Shown here: one piece after another, positions 1-11,800 of the stretch
Numbering within the stretch: the first letter of the stretch is position 1
Layout: each line of letters opens with the position of its first letter
Program-made: the position numbers and the translations under genes
Assembly (NCBI GenBank): GCA_002269645.1
Contig: NIVC01004914.1
Coordinates: 1 to 31,655 of the forward strand
DNA from: Macrostomum lignano
Lineage: Eukaryota
Length of the DNA stretch: 31,655 bases
Direction: 5' to 3'
Notes under the pieces: model-generated
Told to the model about the DNA's origin: nothing
What the model saw: the letters and a program-made list of their open reading frames with translations, nothing else
The model's database searches: none

Positions 1-113
1 GCTGATTACGAATCTTTTGGCGAAAACGCGATGAAAATCGTGAAGAATTGCAGTCTCTAGAGCGTTATGGACAAACATACAAACAAACCTTAGAGATTTA
101 GTATATTTAGACT
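1..113 (+). repeat. End block of a dispersed repeat, possibly Helitron/HINE-like; other copies at 5150-5334, 6451-6653 and, diverged, 4750-4900 and 6051-6200
   Basis: Shared TCTTTTGGCGAAAA.GCGAT.AAAATCG...CAATCTCTAGAGCGTTATGGACAA, short ACAA/AGCA repeats and a GATTTAGTATATTTAGA(..)CTAG end; family assignment rests on resemblance only. Confidence 0.4.
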
Positions 114-559
114 AGCCATTTAGCCCCCCGCTGGGAGCCCGAAAATGACACCAATTGTTTTTATTTTGACACAAGAGTAACTTTACTTTAATTATCCAAA
201 ATGTTGATTTCCATTAATCAAAAATTACCTTTTCTCATTTTGGCAAAAATAAATTGCCATGAATCAGAACTTTCATCAGCCAAAAAAGTTTCCTTCATCA
301 GCCCAAAACCCTTTCTCAATCAGCAAATAGTGCTTATCCTTTCAAGCACAAACTCTTAGTGCATATCGTCGCTGGCCGGGCATATTCTGATCCGCAGCAA
401 ATATGCAAATCATTGACGTCCTTAGACTCTCTTATTAGCCTAAATCAAAGAATGAAACCTTTAATAAATGCGCTGGTATTTCCTATTAGCAGAAATCAGC
501 ATCACTTGTGTGTACAATTTCATTATCTGAATTACATCAGCTACTTCAGCCGTACTACC

Positions 560-2250
560 TGACTACCTGACAATCGCCCAACAACCATGAGTCCATGAGC
601 CTTGGCATCTTAGCAATTCCTCCCCAGTAAGCCTTGACATATCAGCAATTCCCCCAGTAAGCCTTGAAATCTCACCAATTCCCCCAGTAAGCCTTGACAT
701 CCCAACAACCTAACTCCCCTCCCCCAAGAATTCAGCAATCCCCTTATGAGCTTTGATATCTCAGCAATTTCTTCATGAGCCTTGTCAACTCAGCGATTCC
801 ATCCATGAGCTTTGATATCTTAGCAATTCCCATCTTAGTAAGTCTTTAGTTGATGGCAAGTCCTTGGTTGATGGTTAACAGAGTGGTTATTCTATGATTG
901 AACCAAAACTGACCCTAAGCCCCTAACCCTAACCCATAAGTGAGTCTTGGCATGTTAGCAATCTCCCCGTGAGCCTTGAGCCTGAGCATTTAAGTAACTT
1001 CCTCATAAGCTTTGAAATCTAAATTTCACCGAAAGCCTTGACCTGTCACCAATTCCCGAAGAGCCAAAGCATATAACTAATTCGCGCCAAGAGCCTTTAA
1101 TCTTAGAAATTCCTTAATGAATCATTTATGATTGACACGACGATGGCTCTATAATTGAACCCAAACCATAACCCTTTATCTGCAGCCGAGTCACAGAATT
1201 CAGCAACTCCTTCTCAGCCCAAGAATTTCAAAAATTCCCCAAGGAGCTTTTGAAATCTTAGCAATTTTCCCAGGAGCCTGAAAATTGAGCGACTAACCTT
1301 TTGATATCTTGGCACTTTCACACGGGTCTTATGATTGAACCCTAACCCTGCCAAGTCACAGCATTTCAGCTATTCCCACTATGAACCACAGCATTTCAAC
1401 AATTACCCAATGAACCTTGACATTTCCTGAATTTCAGCTATTCCCTTTAGGAGCCTTTGAAATCTCAGCCATTCCCCTGTGAACCTTAGTATCTCAGCAA
1501 TACCCAAGAGTCACAGCCCACAGCATTACAGGGATCCCCCGTGAGCTTTGAAATCTCAGCTATTCCCCAATGAGCCTTGATATCTCAGCAACTCCTATTT
1601 GAGACACAAAATTTCGGCAATATGAGCAGGTGCTGCAATCACAACAATCCCCCTGAGCATTGAGCCACATTATAATTCGGATATCCCCCCATGAGCCTTG
1701 ACAACTTAGCAATTCCCAATAAGTATTTAATGTTAGACAGGCCTATTCATTTATATGGTTTACGTCTTACTCTTACCCTAAAAATGTCGGCAATTCCCCC
1801 AAGAGCCACAGCATTCCAGAAATTATCTCCATGAGCCGTGACAGCAAATAATTTTAATGAGCCTTGATACGTCAGCAATTTCTCAAATGAACTTTGAAAT
1901 CAAAGCAATTCTGCCCAGAATCACATCAGTATAGGAATTTCCCTCTGAGCCTTGACAAGACATCTCCGAATTTCTCCCATGGGCCTTGATCTGGCCCATG
2001 GCCCAGTAAGCCTTGAAATCTCAATAATTCCTCAGTAAGCCTTGACATCTCAGAAATTCCCTCATTAAGATCGACATCGCAGCAATTGAACTCAAGCTTT
2101 GAAATCAAAGCAATTCTCCCCAGAATCACATCATTATAGCAATTACCACTGAGCCTTGAGATCTTAGAAATTCTCCCATGAGTCTTGATATCACAGAAAT
2201 TTCCCATACCAGCCTTGAAATCTTAGCAATTCACATTGAGTATTTTATTC
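560..2250. repeat. Degenerate satellite, ~30-32-bp unit GAGCCTTGA(C/A)ATCTCAGCAATTCCCC..
   Basis: Recurrent GAGCCTTGA and CAGCAATT(C)n motifs at about 30-bp spacing. Confidence 0.85.
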
Positions 2251-2361
2251 TCGACAGACTGCTTTTTTATGGTTGACATGGTGATTCTTTTCTCGCTTTG
2301 TCTTGTGTTGAGTTTTCTTCTGTTTAAAGTAGCATTTATTAAAATTATTAAAATTATTAAA

Positions 2362-2603
2362 CACTTTAGCAATGGTTTACCATCACTTTAGCAATGGTTT
2401 ACCATCACTTTAGCAATGGTTCACCAGCAGTTTAGCAATGGTTTACCATCACTTTAGCAATAGTTCACCAGCAGTTTAGCAATGGTTCACCAGTAGTTTA
2501 GCAATGGTTCACCATCACTTTAGCAATGGTTTACCATCACTTTAGCAATTTCACCAGCAGCAGTTTAGCAATGGTTCACCAGCAGTTTAGCAATGGTTCA
2601 CCG
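2362..2603. repeat. 22-bp minisatellite TTAGCAATGGTT(T/C)ACCA(T/G)CA(C/G)T, ~11 copies
   Basis: Directly visible tandem units. Confidence 0.92.
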
Positions 2604-3319
2604 GCACTGTTCCGCAAAATCTGCAAAGGATACAATCATTATTGTCACAGGTCACAAATATAAATTCGCTGCTTCAATGCAGGCTCGAACTGCTGACATC
2701 AAAGCATTCTGCTTAGCTTCTGCCGGATACTGCCTGCCTACTGCGGCTGTTGTGCCTATTGACATGTGGTCGAAATAATCTAGTTTAGCAACTTCAGCCG
2801 TTTGAAGTTAACCCCCAGAAATCGGCATTTATCCCTACAACAACCTGAAATTATCCCTGCATCTAATCCCGCAAAAAGACTGCAGTTATTTCTTAGCAGC
2901 CGGCATTTATCATCCACTTTGCATTCTACAACTTTTACTAAAATTAAGCATGTATACCTTCAGCTCATAGAATTGTCCTCTTAGCAAAAAATATTTCACT
3001 TGGCAGCCTGCAGTAATCCCCTCAACAACTTGTACTTAATATTCCACAGTTAATATCCACTCAAAGCTCAATAGTTAGTTATTACCCTCAGAAGTCTGCC
3101 ATTATCCCCCTATTAGTCGGCAGTTTTCCCTCTCAGCAGTCTGCAGCTATACGCTCATACGTCTGGAGGAACTACCTCAGCAGTTTGCAGTTGTTTCCCC
3201 TTTGCAATCTGCAATGATACCTTCGACAGTCTGCAGTTTCCCTAAGCAGTCTGCAGTCATTCCATTTGCAGTCTACAAGTGTTCAATTAACAATTTTCAT
3301 TCATCCTCTCAGCAGCCTG

Positions 3320-4530
3320 CAGTTCTTCTTTCAGCCGGCACCTCAGCTCCTCAGGAAACTGCAATTTGCTCAGAATTTTACGGCTCACTAATAAATTTTC
3401 GATACACATCGGCAGTCTTGCAAAACTCAGCATTTTGCAATACCGTCAGAAGTTTTTTTCAGAATGGTCTGCAGTTTAGCAATTTCATACTTTCATGGAA
3501 CTACGCCATATACCCATTGATGGGATCAGTACGCTCGTAATACATGTACTCGAAGCAGTTTTTACAAATCAAATTTGCTTAGCGACTTGTGCTAAATAGC
3601 AAAAATACATGTAGTTCATTTAGTGTGCCTTGTTAATTAAGCATAAAACTTCCAATTAGTCGAAGCACAAGCTAAAATGAAATAATAATTAGCTCAATTT
3701 CAATTGTCCGCTGCGAGCCAGACTCTAACCTGGGACCTTACGCCTATCCTAAACCTGGTCCTAGTGCCTACAGTGCGGCTACTCCGCCTATTGATCGGAG
3801 GGCGACAAAATCAGCCATATATGCTTTGGCACTGCAGTCAAATACACAGCAGTGATAGGCTGCTTAGTGCACGGGTTGCATGCAGGCAGAGCCAATGCAC
3901 AGTTAAGTGAAATCTATAAATTAGATTTAAGTCTGGAGGAACTACTTCACAGTCTGCAGTTCTTCTCTGGCCGGCACCTCAGTCCCCTCAGAAAACTGCA
4001 ATTTGCTCAGAATTGTACGGCTCAGTAATCAATTTTCGATACATATCGGCAGCTCTGCATTTAGCAATACCTTTAAGCAATTTAGCAGCATTGTCTGCAG
4101 TTTAGTAATTTCGTACTTTTATGGAGATAGACAATACCCTTGATGGGATCAGTTATACTCGAAGCAGTTTTAACAAATCAAATTTGATTAGCGGCTTGTG
4201 CCGAGTAGCAAAAAATGAATTGCGAATTAATGAAATATGTTTCAATTGAAATTAATAAAAAAATGTTCCAATTAGTCGAGGCGCAAGCTATAAATTATTG
4301 AATTATTTTAATTTTAATTATCCGCCGGGGAGGCAGACTCGAACCTTGGACCTTACGCCTAGCCTAAACCTAGTCCTAGTGCCTACAGTGCGGCTACTCC
4401 GCCTATTGATGGGAGGACAACAAAATCAGCCATATATCCTTCAGAACTTCAGTTAAATACATAGCAGTGATAGGCTGCTCAGTGTGTAGGCGTGCAGGCG
4501 GAGCCAATGCACAGTTGATTGAGTGAAATC
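3320..4530. repeat. Older, diverged tandem duplication (~620-640-bp period)
   Basis: Paired blocks such as GCAATTTGCTCAGAATT..TACGGCTCA and GGACCTTACGCCTA..CTAAACCT.GTCCTAGTGCCTACAGTGCGGCTACTCCGCCTATTGAT. Confidence 0.8.
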
Positions 4531-6637
4531 TATAAATAGCAATTTTCTATGGAGTCCGCCAGTCAGAGCCAGGGTCAGAATGTACACACGCAGCCACTGA
4601 GCATTTTTTCTCCTTGCACACTGCAGCCAGTATTGAAGCATATACAGTGGAGAGAGAAAAGTTATGGCGCAATCATAATTGGAATTGGAATTCAGCCAGT
4701 CAAGAATTCAACCTAGTTTGCCCTCCCATTAAAAGCATTGGGAAAACTCGTTTTTCGAATATTTAATACCTTTAGCATTTAAGCCGATTAAAGAAATTTT
4801 AACTGTCTTCTTTCCAGACAATTTTGCATCTTTTGGCGAAAAAGCGATTAAAATTGGTCAATTGGTTCAATCTCTAGAACGTTACACGAATACTAACACC
4901 AAGGCCGTTCGAGTGAAAGTCACACGAAGCAGCTATGACATAATCAAATACTCAGGCAGTCAGCATCAGTCTCAATTAAAGTTAGCAATATGGTTACGCA
5001 ATTTCTGTCTTTTAACTTGGCGCAGTGTTTTCAACTTGTTGTGATGCAATCTTTATCAGAATCAGAATTCAGTCAGTCAGTTTTTTATCTGCTAGCATTT
5101 TTACAATGCATTTCAAGTCGAAAGAGCTGCTTGACCTTTGCAAAAAAGCATGTTTTTCGAATATCTAATCCCTTTAGCATTGAAGCAGATACAAGAAATT
5201 TTAACCATACAATCCCAGGCTGATTACAAATCTTTTGGCGAAAACGCGATCAAAATCGGTGAAGAATTGCAATCTCTAGAGCGTTATGGACAAGCAAGCA
5301 AGCATACAAATATTAGAGATTTAGTATATTTAGATTTCGATACATATCGGCAGCTCTGCATTTAGCAATACCTTTAAGCAATTTAGCAGCATTGTCTGCA
5401 GTTTAGTAATTTCGTACTTTTATGGAGATAGACAATACCCTTGATGGGATCAGTTATACTCGAAGCAGTTTTAACAAATCAAATTTGATTAGCGGCTTGT
5501 GCCGAGTAGCAAAAAATGAATTGCGAATTAATGAAATATGTTTCAATTGAAATTAATAAAAAAATGTTCCAATTAGTCGAGGCGCAAGCTATAAATTATT
5601 GAATTATTTTAATTTTAATTATCCGCCGGGGAGGCAGACTCGAACCTTGGACCTTACGCCTAGCCTAAACCTAGTCCTAGTGCCTACAGTGCGGCTACTC
5701 CGCCTATTGATGGGAGGACAACAAAATCAGCCATATATCCTTCAGAACTTCAGTTAAATACATAGCAGTGATAGGCTGCTCAGTGTGTAGGCGTGCAGGC
5801 GGAGCCAATGCACAGTTGATTGAGTGAAATCTATAAATAGCAATTTTCTATGGAGTCCGCCAGTCAGAGCCAGGGTCAGAATGTACACACGCAGCCACTG
5901 AGCATTTTTTCTCCTTGCACACTGCAGCCAGTATTGAAGCATATACAGTGGAGAGAGAAAAGTTATGGCGCAATCATAATTGGAATTGGAATTCAGCCAG
6001 TCAAGAATTCAACCTAGTTTGCCCTCCCATTAAAAGCATTGGGAAAACTCGTTTTTCGAATATTTAATACCTTTAGCATTTAAGCCGATTAAAGAAATTT
6101 TAACTGTCTTCTTTCCAGACAATTTTGCATCTTTTGGCGAAAAAGCGATTAAAATTGGTCAATTGGTTCAATCTCTAGAACGTTACACGAATACTAACAC
6201 CAAGGCCGTTCGAGTGAAAGTCACACGAAGCAGCTATGACATAATCAAATACTCAGGCAGTCAGCATCAGTCTCAATTAAAGTTAGCAATATGGTTACGC
6301 AATTTCTGTCTTTTAACTTGGCGCAGTGTTTTCAACTTGTTGTGATGCAATCTTTATCAGAATCAGAATTCAGTCAGTCAGTTTTTTATCTGCTAGCATT
6401 TTTACAATGCATTTCAAGTCGAAAGAGCTGCTTGACCTTTGCAAAAAAGCATGTTTTTCGAATATCTAATCCCTTTAGCATTGAAGCAGATACAAGAAAT
6501 TTTAACCATACAATCCCAGGCTGATTACAAATCTTTTGGCGAAAACGCGATCAAAATCGGTGAAGAATTGCAATCTCTAGAGCGTTATGGACAAGCAAGC
6601 AAGCATACAAATATTAGAGATTTAGTATATTTAGATT
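4034..6637. repeat. Direct tandem duplication of a 1301-bp unit (4034-5334 / 5335-6635)
   Basis: Identical ORF sets offset by exactly 1301; spot checks identical; TT microhomology at the junction. Confidence 0.95.
4322..4403 (-). mobile_element. tRNA-like SINE head or tRNA-derived pseudogene (also 3708-3788 and 5623-5704)
   Basis: Minus strand reads GGCGGAG-TAGCCGCACTGTAGG (A-box-like) ... GGTTCGAGTCT (B-box); the cloverleaf does not close properly. Confidence 0.4.
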
Positions 6638-6689
6638 AGATTAGATAGACTAGGAGAGGTTAACCGTTTTCACTATAGGTTAAGCGCCG

Positions 6690-7015
6690 ACCAATAAACC
6701 GATAACAGACACCAGTCACCACATGCGCACAGGCGGTAGTAAAATCTAGCCAACAGTGATAAAGTGGGGTTAGAAAAAGTGGAGGCTGAGGGGCACACAG
6801 AAAATCGATACCCGAAGGCCGACGCCGACCACACGCGTGCAGGCGGTAATAAAATTTAACAATTGTGGAGTTAGCGATGGGAAAGGAAAGAGCGGTGGGA
6901 TTGAGAGCCGACCAGTAAATCGAAAACAGACACCACATGCGCACATGCGAAATCCAGACAACAGCGATTTAAAGTGGGGGTTGAGGGGCCGACTAGAAAA
7001 TCGATAACCGACCCT
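6690..7015. repeat. Imperfect ~80-115-bp tandem repeat
   Basis: Recurring AAA(T/C)CGA..ACAGACACC, CACATGCGCA / CACACGCGTG, AGGCGGTA.TAAAAT, AAAGTGGGG. Confidence 0.45.
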
Positions 7016-7577
7016 AGCGCGCAGTTATCAATAAAAGCTGCCTATCCAGCAGCATGGGTTATACAGAGAAATTGGGACAAGGCAGTTTAATTAATACTAA
7101 CGTTAGCTCCTATTCCTTATCACATATCAGATTCTGTTATGCAGAAAGCAAAAGAAGAGACGTCAAAGGACATAGCGTAAGACTACAAAAAGCGTGCGCA
7201 ATCAAATGAAATATAATTAATATTTTTCAAATGCATTCGTGCATTTAGTACGTTGGCAGGGCTAAATTGAGTCCATTGCACGAATAAGCGCTATTGCATC
7301 TTGGCCTCATGAATGATGCATCCAAATGACGACAGCCATATATTTAATCAATTGGACTCTATTCGTGCATTGCGTCATTTTTCTTTCAAATTAGCAATTT
7401 GAAATGCACAGTGAAAGGCAAAATTAAATTCTCCATATCCATACCAAAACTAATTTGAAGTAGAGAAACGTCAGAGAAATCAAATTAATTTACAATAGTT
7501 AAAGCTTACCGATCGAAAAAAACAATTAAAACTCTCAACGAGTAAAAAAATGGATAAAGTAAACAGGCAAAAATTCA

Positions 7578-7583
7578 TTTATT
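7578..7583 (-). promoter_or_regulatory. Candidate PMS2 polyadenylation signal AATAAA
   Basis: Canonical hexamer ~210 nt downstream of the stop; the region is AT-rich, so chance occurrence is plausible. Confidence 0.3.
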
Positions 7584-7790
7584 AATTGCTTTTGATTGCG
7601 AAAACCCACCCAAAAAGACGTTTTGCCTAGCTACCACCAGTCAGCTATTCAATATTCGCATCCATATAAGGAAAGACATAATAAGTTGGTAATTTCGTTG
7701 CTCTGCTAAATGGAAATCTTTCCTAGCTAGATCATATGACATGACATCAATCGTCTAACAATAAAATATTGATATATGAAGTTTAAAAAA

Positions 7791-8881
7791 TCATTCCGGA
7801 TACAGCGGCACAGACTTGAGCGCGTCCGGCACGTGTAACAGGTGACGAATAGTCGGCCTGCCGTGCGGACAATTCCATGGCTGGTCCAGTTCGGCTAGGC
7901 TAGCGAGGATTCTCGCCCGCTGCCTGGCGTCAAGAGCGTCGCCGATCATAACGGCCGATCGGCAGGCCCTGCTAGCCAGCATAGCGCGAACCCGGCTAGG
8001 CAGTAGCAGTGGCAGCGGCGGAAGCGTCGCCTCGGCGGACACTTCGCCGGAGCCGTCGCCGTCCGCCGACACCAGCTCGATGAGCTCCTCGAGATCCGAC
8101 AGTCCGAAGCTCCACTTGCCAAGTCCGAGCGGCACAGATAGCAACTTCAATCGACTACCAACAGGTGCTTCGCTATCGAATTCCATATCGAATCTGGCGG
8201 CCGAGAATCTGGGCAGGGCGGACGCGACAGTTTCCTCTTGGGCAAAGGTGAGCCGCAGCTGTTTAGGCGCGGCCAAGGGCTGTCGGGTCAGGTGACAACC
8301 GTCGCTGCGTTGCAACGCTTCGAATCGGCACTTTTCATCGGCCGCGTGCTGGTCTACTAGGAACAGGTCGCCGCTGGAGTCCAGCAGGGAGGGCAGGAAG
8401 CCCAGGTTGAACTGGCCTATGGGGCGGAGCCGACGCAGGCCGTCGCGATCCAGGCTGGCGCGCAGCTCGGCTTCGGCGGCGGCGCTCTCTTCCGGTCGGA
8501 TACGCGCCCGGAAGCGCGCATGTAAGGAATCGTCCGTGCGACAGTCGGCGTCTGTTTCGTACAGTTGAAGCAGCCGGTCTGGCCGGAACGGACAAACAAT
8601 TCGAGGCCGGGCGGCGGCGGTCAACGCCGGGTCGTTGCAGCCGCCAAATTCTGGACAGTCGTCGTAGACAAAATCCTCCTCCGGCTGGATTGCGGCCTCG
8701 TCGTCCGCTTCGTCGTTGCTGTCTGGCTTTTCAACCGTGACCATCTGGGGGATGTCTAGCTTGGACGACTTCGAGAAATTGTTAGCAGCCTCGAATGTTT
8801 CAGTACTTTCGTCTCCATCTTCGTCGCCAGCAACTGGTCGCTTGCTGGCTGGCGACCAGAAGGCAGCGAGTGACTTTTGCC
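7791..8881 (-). CDS. PMS2: PMS2 terminal exon (linker end plus entire endonuclease domain); acceptor ambiguous (exon start 8881, 8923 or 9058)
   Basis: [26 protein letters not shown] (PCNA-box-like), [24 protein letters not shown]; TGA at 7791-7793. Confidence 0.92.
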
Positions 8882-11800
8882 CTGCAAATGATGTGGCGTC
8901 GGAACTGTTTAATGGCGAATTTTCTATTTGGAATCTTTCGAGGAGCGATTATTCCACTGTAAGTTTTCTAGCGATGATTTTCGCGTTGGTGAATCTTGTA
9001 GGGACATTTTTGCATTTTTCTGGTGTTGCATCTTTTAGAGGAGACTTTCCGGTGCCAACTATTTGATATGGACAAAGGATTTCAAGGCCAAAAAGTAATG
9101 TGTTTTTCAAATTTACGTTTCCTCGGCGGAGAGCGCGCAGAATAAGATTTAGTCGATGGCGACTTTGCAACGGGCGCGTACTCCGTGGCTGCTCCGGTAG
9201 AGCGAGACTTTGAACAGGCAAAAGCGGAGCGAAGTTTTTCCAGAGCGGACTTGCCAGTCACCGCGTCGGTGTCGGCGGCTGCCTCATCAGCAACCGAAAG
9301 CGTTGATGACAAAACAGGCGATTGGCTCTGGAGGAAATTGAAACAATGTGTTATACGGTGCAAGCGAGTACGTTTTCTGAGTTTCTTAGCGTCTAGCTGG
9401 TCTTCGACGAGAGAGGGAAAAATAAATATGCGCAAGAGGCTAGGGTTGTGGACCCTCTAGCGCAACGCCTTCGGCGACAAGTATCAATACTTTTATAAGT
9501 ATTAAGATTCATGAGATTTCCAGATGTTTATCAATTGTCAAAATTGAGTCATCTGAAAAAAATGGAGTCTGTAGACTTGTGAAAATTTTGTGGATCAGAG
9601 GCTCAACAGTGTGAAGGGCAGGGTGGAGATGTAGGCATTTTATCTGATTCTGAATTTTGAAACTGATGCCAGCTGGCATCCTTGGTCCAAATTCAGAATG
9701 CCAAATGGCACTGTAATTCAGCCGCTTAAAAAACGCTAGGCTGTCAATTACTAAATCATTCTGCTATCCTTGAGAAGATGAGAGGAGAGAGGCCAGATGA
9801 GAGATGGGAGAAGATATAGGAAATGGGAAATAGTAAAATAGATGACTCTATAACGACGAGCTGTCACGGTGCAAGTCGCCAAAAGTCGTCAGAGTCGCCT
9901 AAGAGTCAATTTGAGACGTTTTATTGTCTGCGACTCTGTGGCGTTGCAAGTGACACTGGGGCGTTTCTGCAATGACTCTGGGGGTGCTGATACCCCCATC
10001 TGCATCACTTTATGAATTATTGAAGTCGCATTTCACAATTATATCAACTCTATTTAGTCTACAAAGTTAGTAAAAAGTTAAGTGCTAACACAACGAATCT
10101 TGGACGATTTTTTTGCGACTCTTACGATTCAACAACTCAAGTGATGCCCTTGTGACTCAACAGTTGCCTTTCCGTTAAAAAGTCATTAAAAAGTCACAGG
10201 AGTCGCTAGAGTCACTTGTGATTTGTTTGCAATGACTTAAACGGGAAACGTTTTACACGGGAAACTAGTTGGTAAAGTTAGCATAGCCTCAACTTAACCC
10301 CTATATATAACGAAAAACAGCCACCAGCTTAACACCCACCCGACAAATTGGCGTAGGCGAATTCGCTCCGCTGCTGCTGTCAGGCGGGTCGGCATCAACG
10401 GAGACGGACGCCTGCTGGCTACTCGCCAGGACGGGTGCGGCGGGATAGTCGGTTAGGCCGGGCCCGAGGCCCCTGACTGGCATGGACAAGCAGCCGTTGG
10501 CCAGATCCAGCCGTTGCTGCAGCTGGGCTTTGAGACAAGCTGTAAGCAGGTGCTCGTGGCACAGGTATATTGACCGCTTATCCGGGGTCAGATTCACGTC
10601 GATAGCGTCTGAGAGGATGGATTGGATTCAGGGACGATTAAGGTAAAATCACTGAGAAGGCGCCTCAATCAAATCGTGCAAACATTCAGGTCCTTCATCG
10701 CTGCTAACCTTTAGATCAGCCTTTCAGTGAGTGCGGCCACCCCTCAGGCGCTTGAGGAAGGGCAGCTACCCCTCAGATCCTTCAGTGAGTGCAGCTACCC
10801 CTCAGATCCTTCAGTGAGTGCCGCTACCCCTCAGATCCTTCAGTGAGTGCCGCTACCCCTCAGATCCTTCAGTGAGTGCCGCTACCCCTCAGATCCTTCA
10901 GTGAGTGCCGCTACCCCTCAGATCCTTCAGTGAGTGCCGCTACCCCTCAGATCCTTCAGTGAGTGCCGCTACCCCTCAGATCCTTCAGTGAGTGCCGCTA
11001 CCCCTCAGATCCTTCAGTGAGTGCCGCTTCCGCCCCTCCCCAAGTTCCTTCAGTGAGCGAACTCTACCCAATGCCAGGGGCCCACCCCGTCTCACCGGTC
11101 GGCAGCCGCAAGTGCATAATAACAAACGGATGCTGAGTCCTGTTGTACAGCTTATAGACTTCGTTAACTAGTCTGGCTAGCCTTGGTAGCTGGCACGGCC
11201 TGTTGTTGATGTAGAAGAACTGCCTGTCACCTGCCGGCCGGCCCATGCCAGGCAGCGGACTGGAGATGCGGCCGCTCAGACTAGGAATGGTTCGAATTTG
11301 ACATTTACGAGCTTAACTATATAACTATACTATATATTTTAATACAAACTAGAATAGCTAGATGGGCCACTCAGAACATTTGCATTTGCGTGTAAGCTAC
11401 TTTCAGTTCAGTAGTAAGTTAAACAGAAGCATTTCAATGTATTTTGAAGCCAAGACTGATTTATTGGCTCTTAACCCTTAGCCAAAAAAATCCTCCAACC
11501 GCCCCGCCCTAAATTTTATTGCCTTTCTCGGAAATTCCAGCCTAAAGCTGCCATGTACATTTCAGTGGACTGGCTAGTGTACATTATTACTGAACCAATT
11601 AGCAAGCTGTTTACGCCTGCAAGCTTGGGCTTCTAAACTTATCAAAGTTATTTCAGCTGCCTTCTTTATAAAATAGCTTATGTATTCTTCTTTGCTACTG
11701 AACTGAAAGTAGAAAGCTGTTTTACTAAGTATAAATGCCTGAGTGGCCCATCTAGTTATTTTAGTATGTGGGTAAAACTAAGAACTGCAAAATATATGAC

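Noticed and set aside
913-934. Interstitial telomere (CCCTAA)
   Set aside because: Only 2-3 imperfect hexamers inside a local repeat block
3708-5704. Functional tRNA genes
   Set aside because: Acceptor and anticodon stems do not pair properly; retained only as SINE-like relics
4453-6639. Duplicated 60-77-aa ORFs as paralogous genes
   Set aside because: Short, motif-free, and identical only because of the 1301-bp duplication
10725-11058. CRISPR-like 29-bp repeats (also the 39-bp and 22-bp arrays)
   Set aside because: Units are head-to-tail with no unique spacers, no cas genes are present, and the context is a eukaryotic intron
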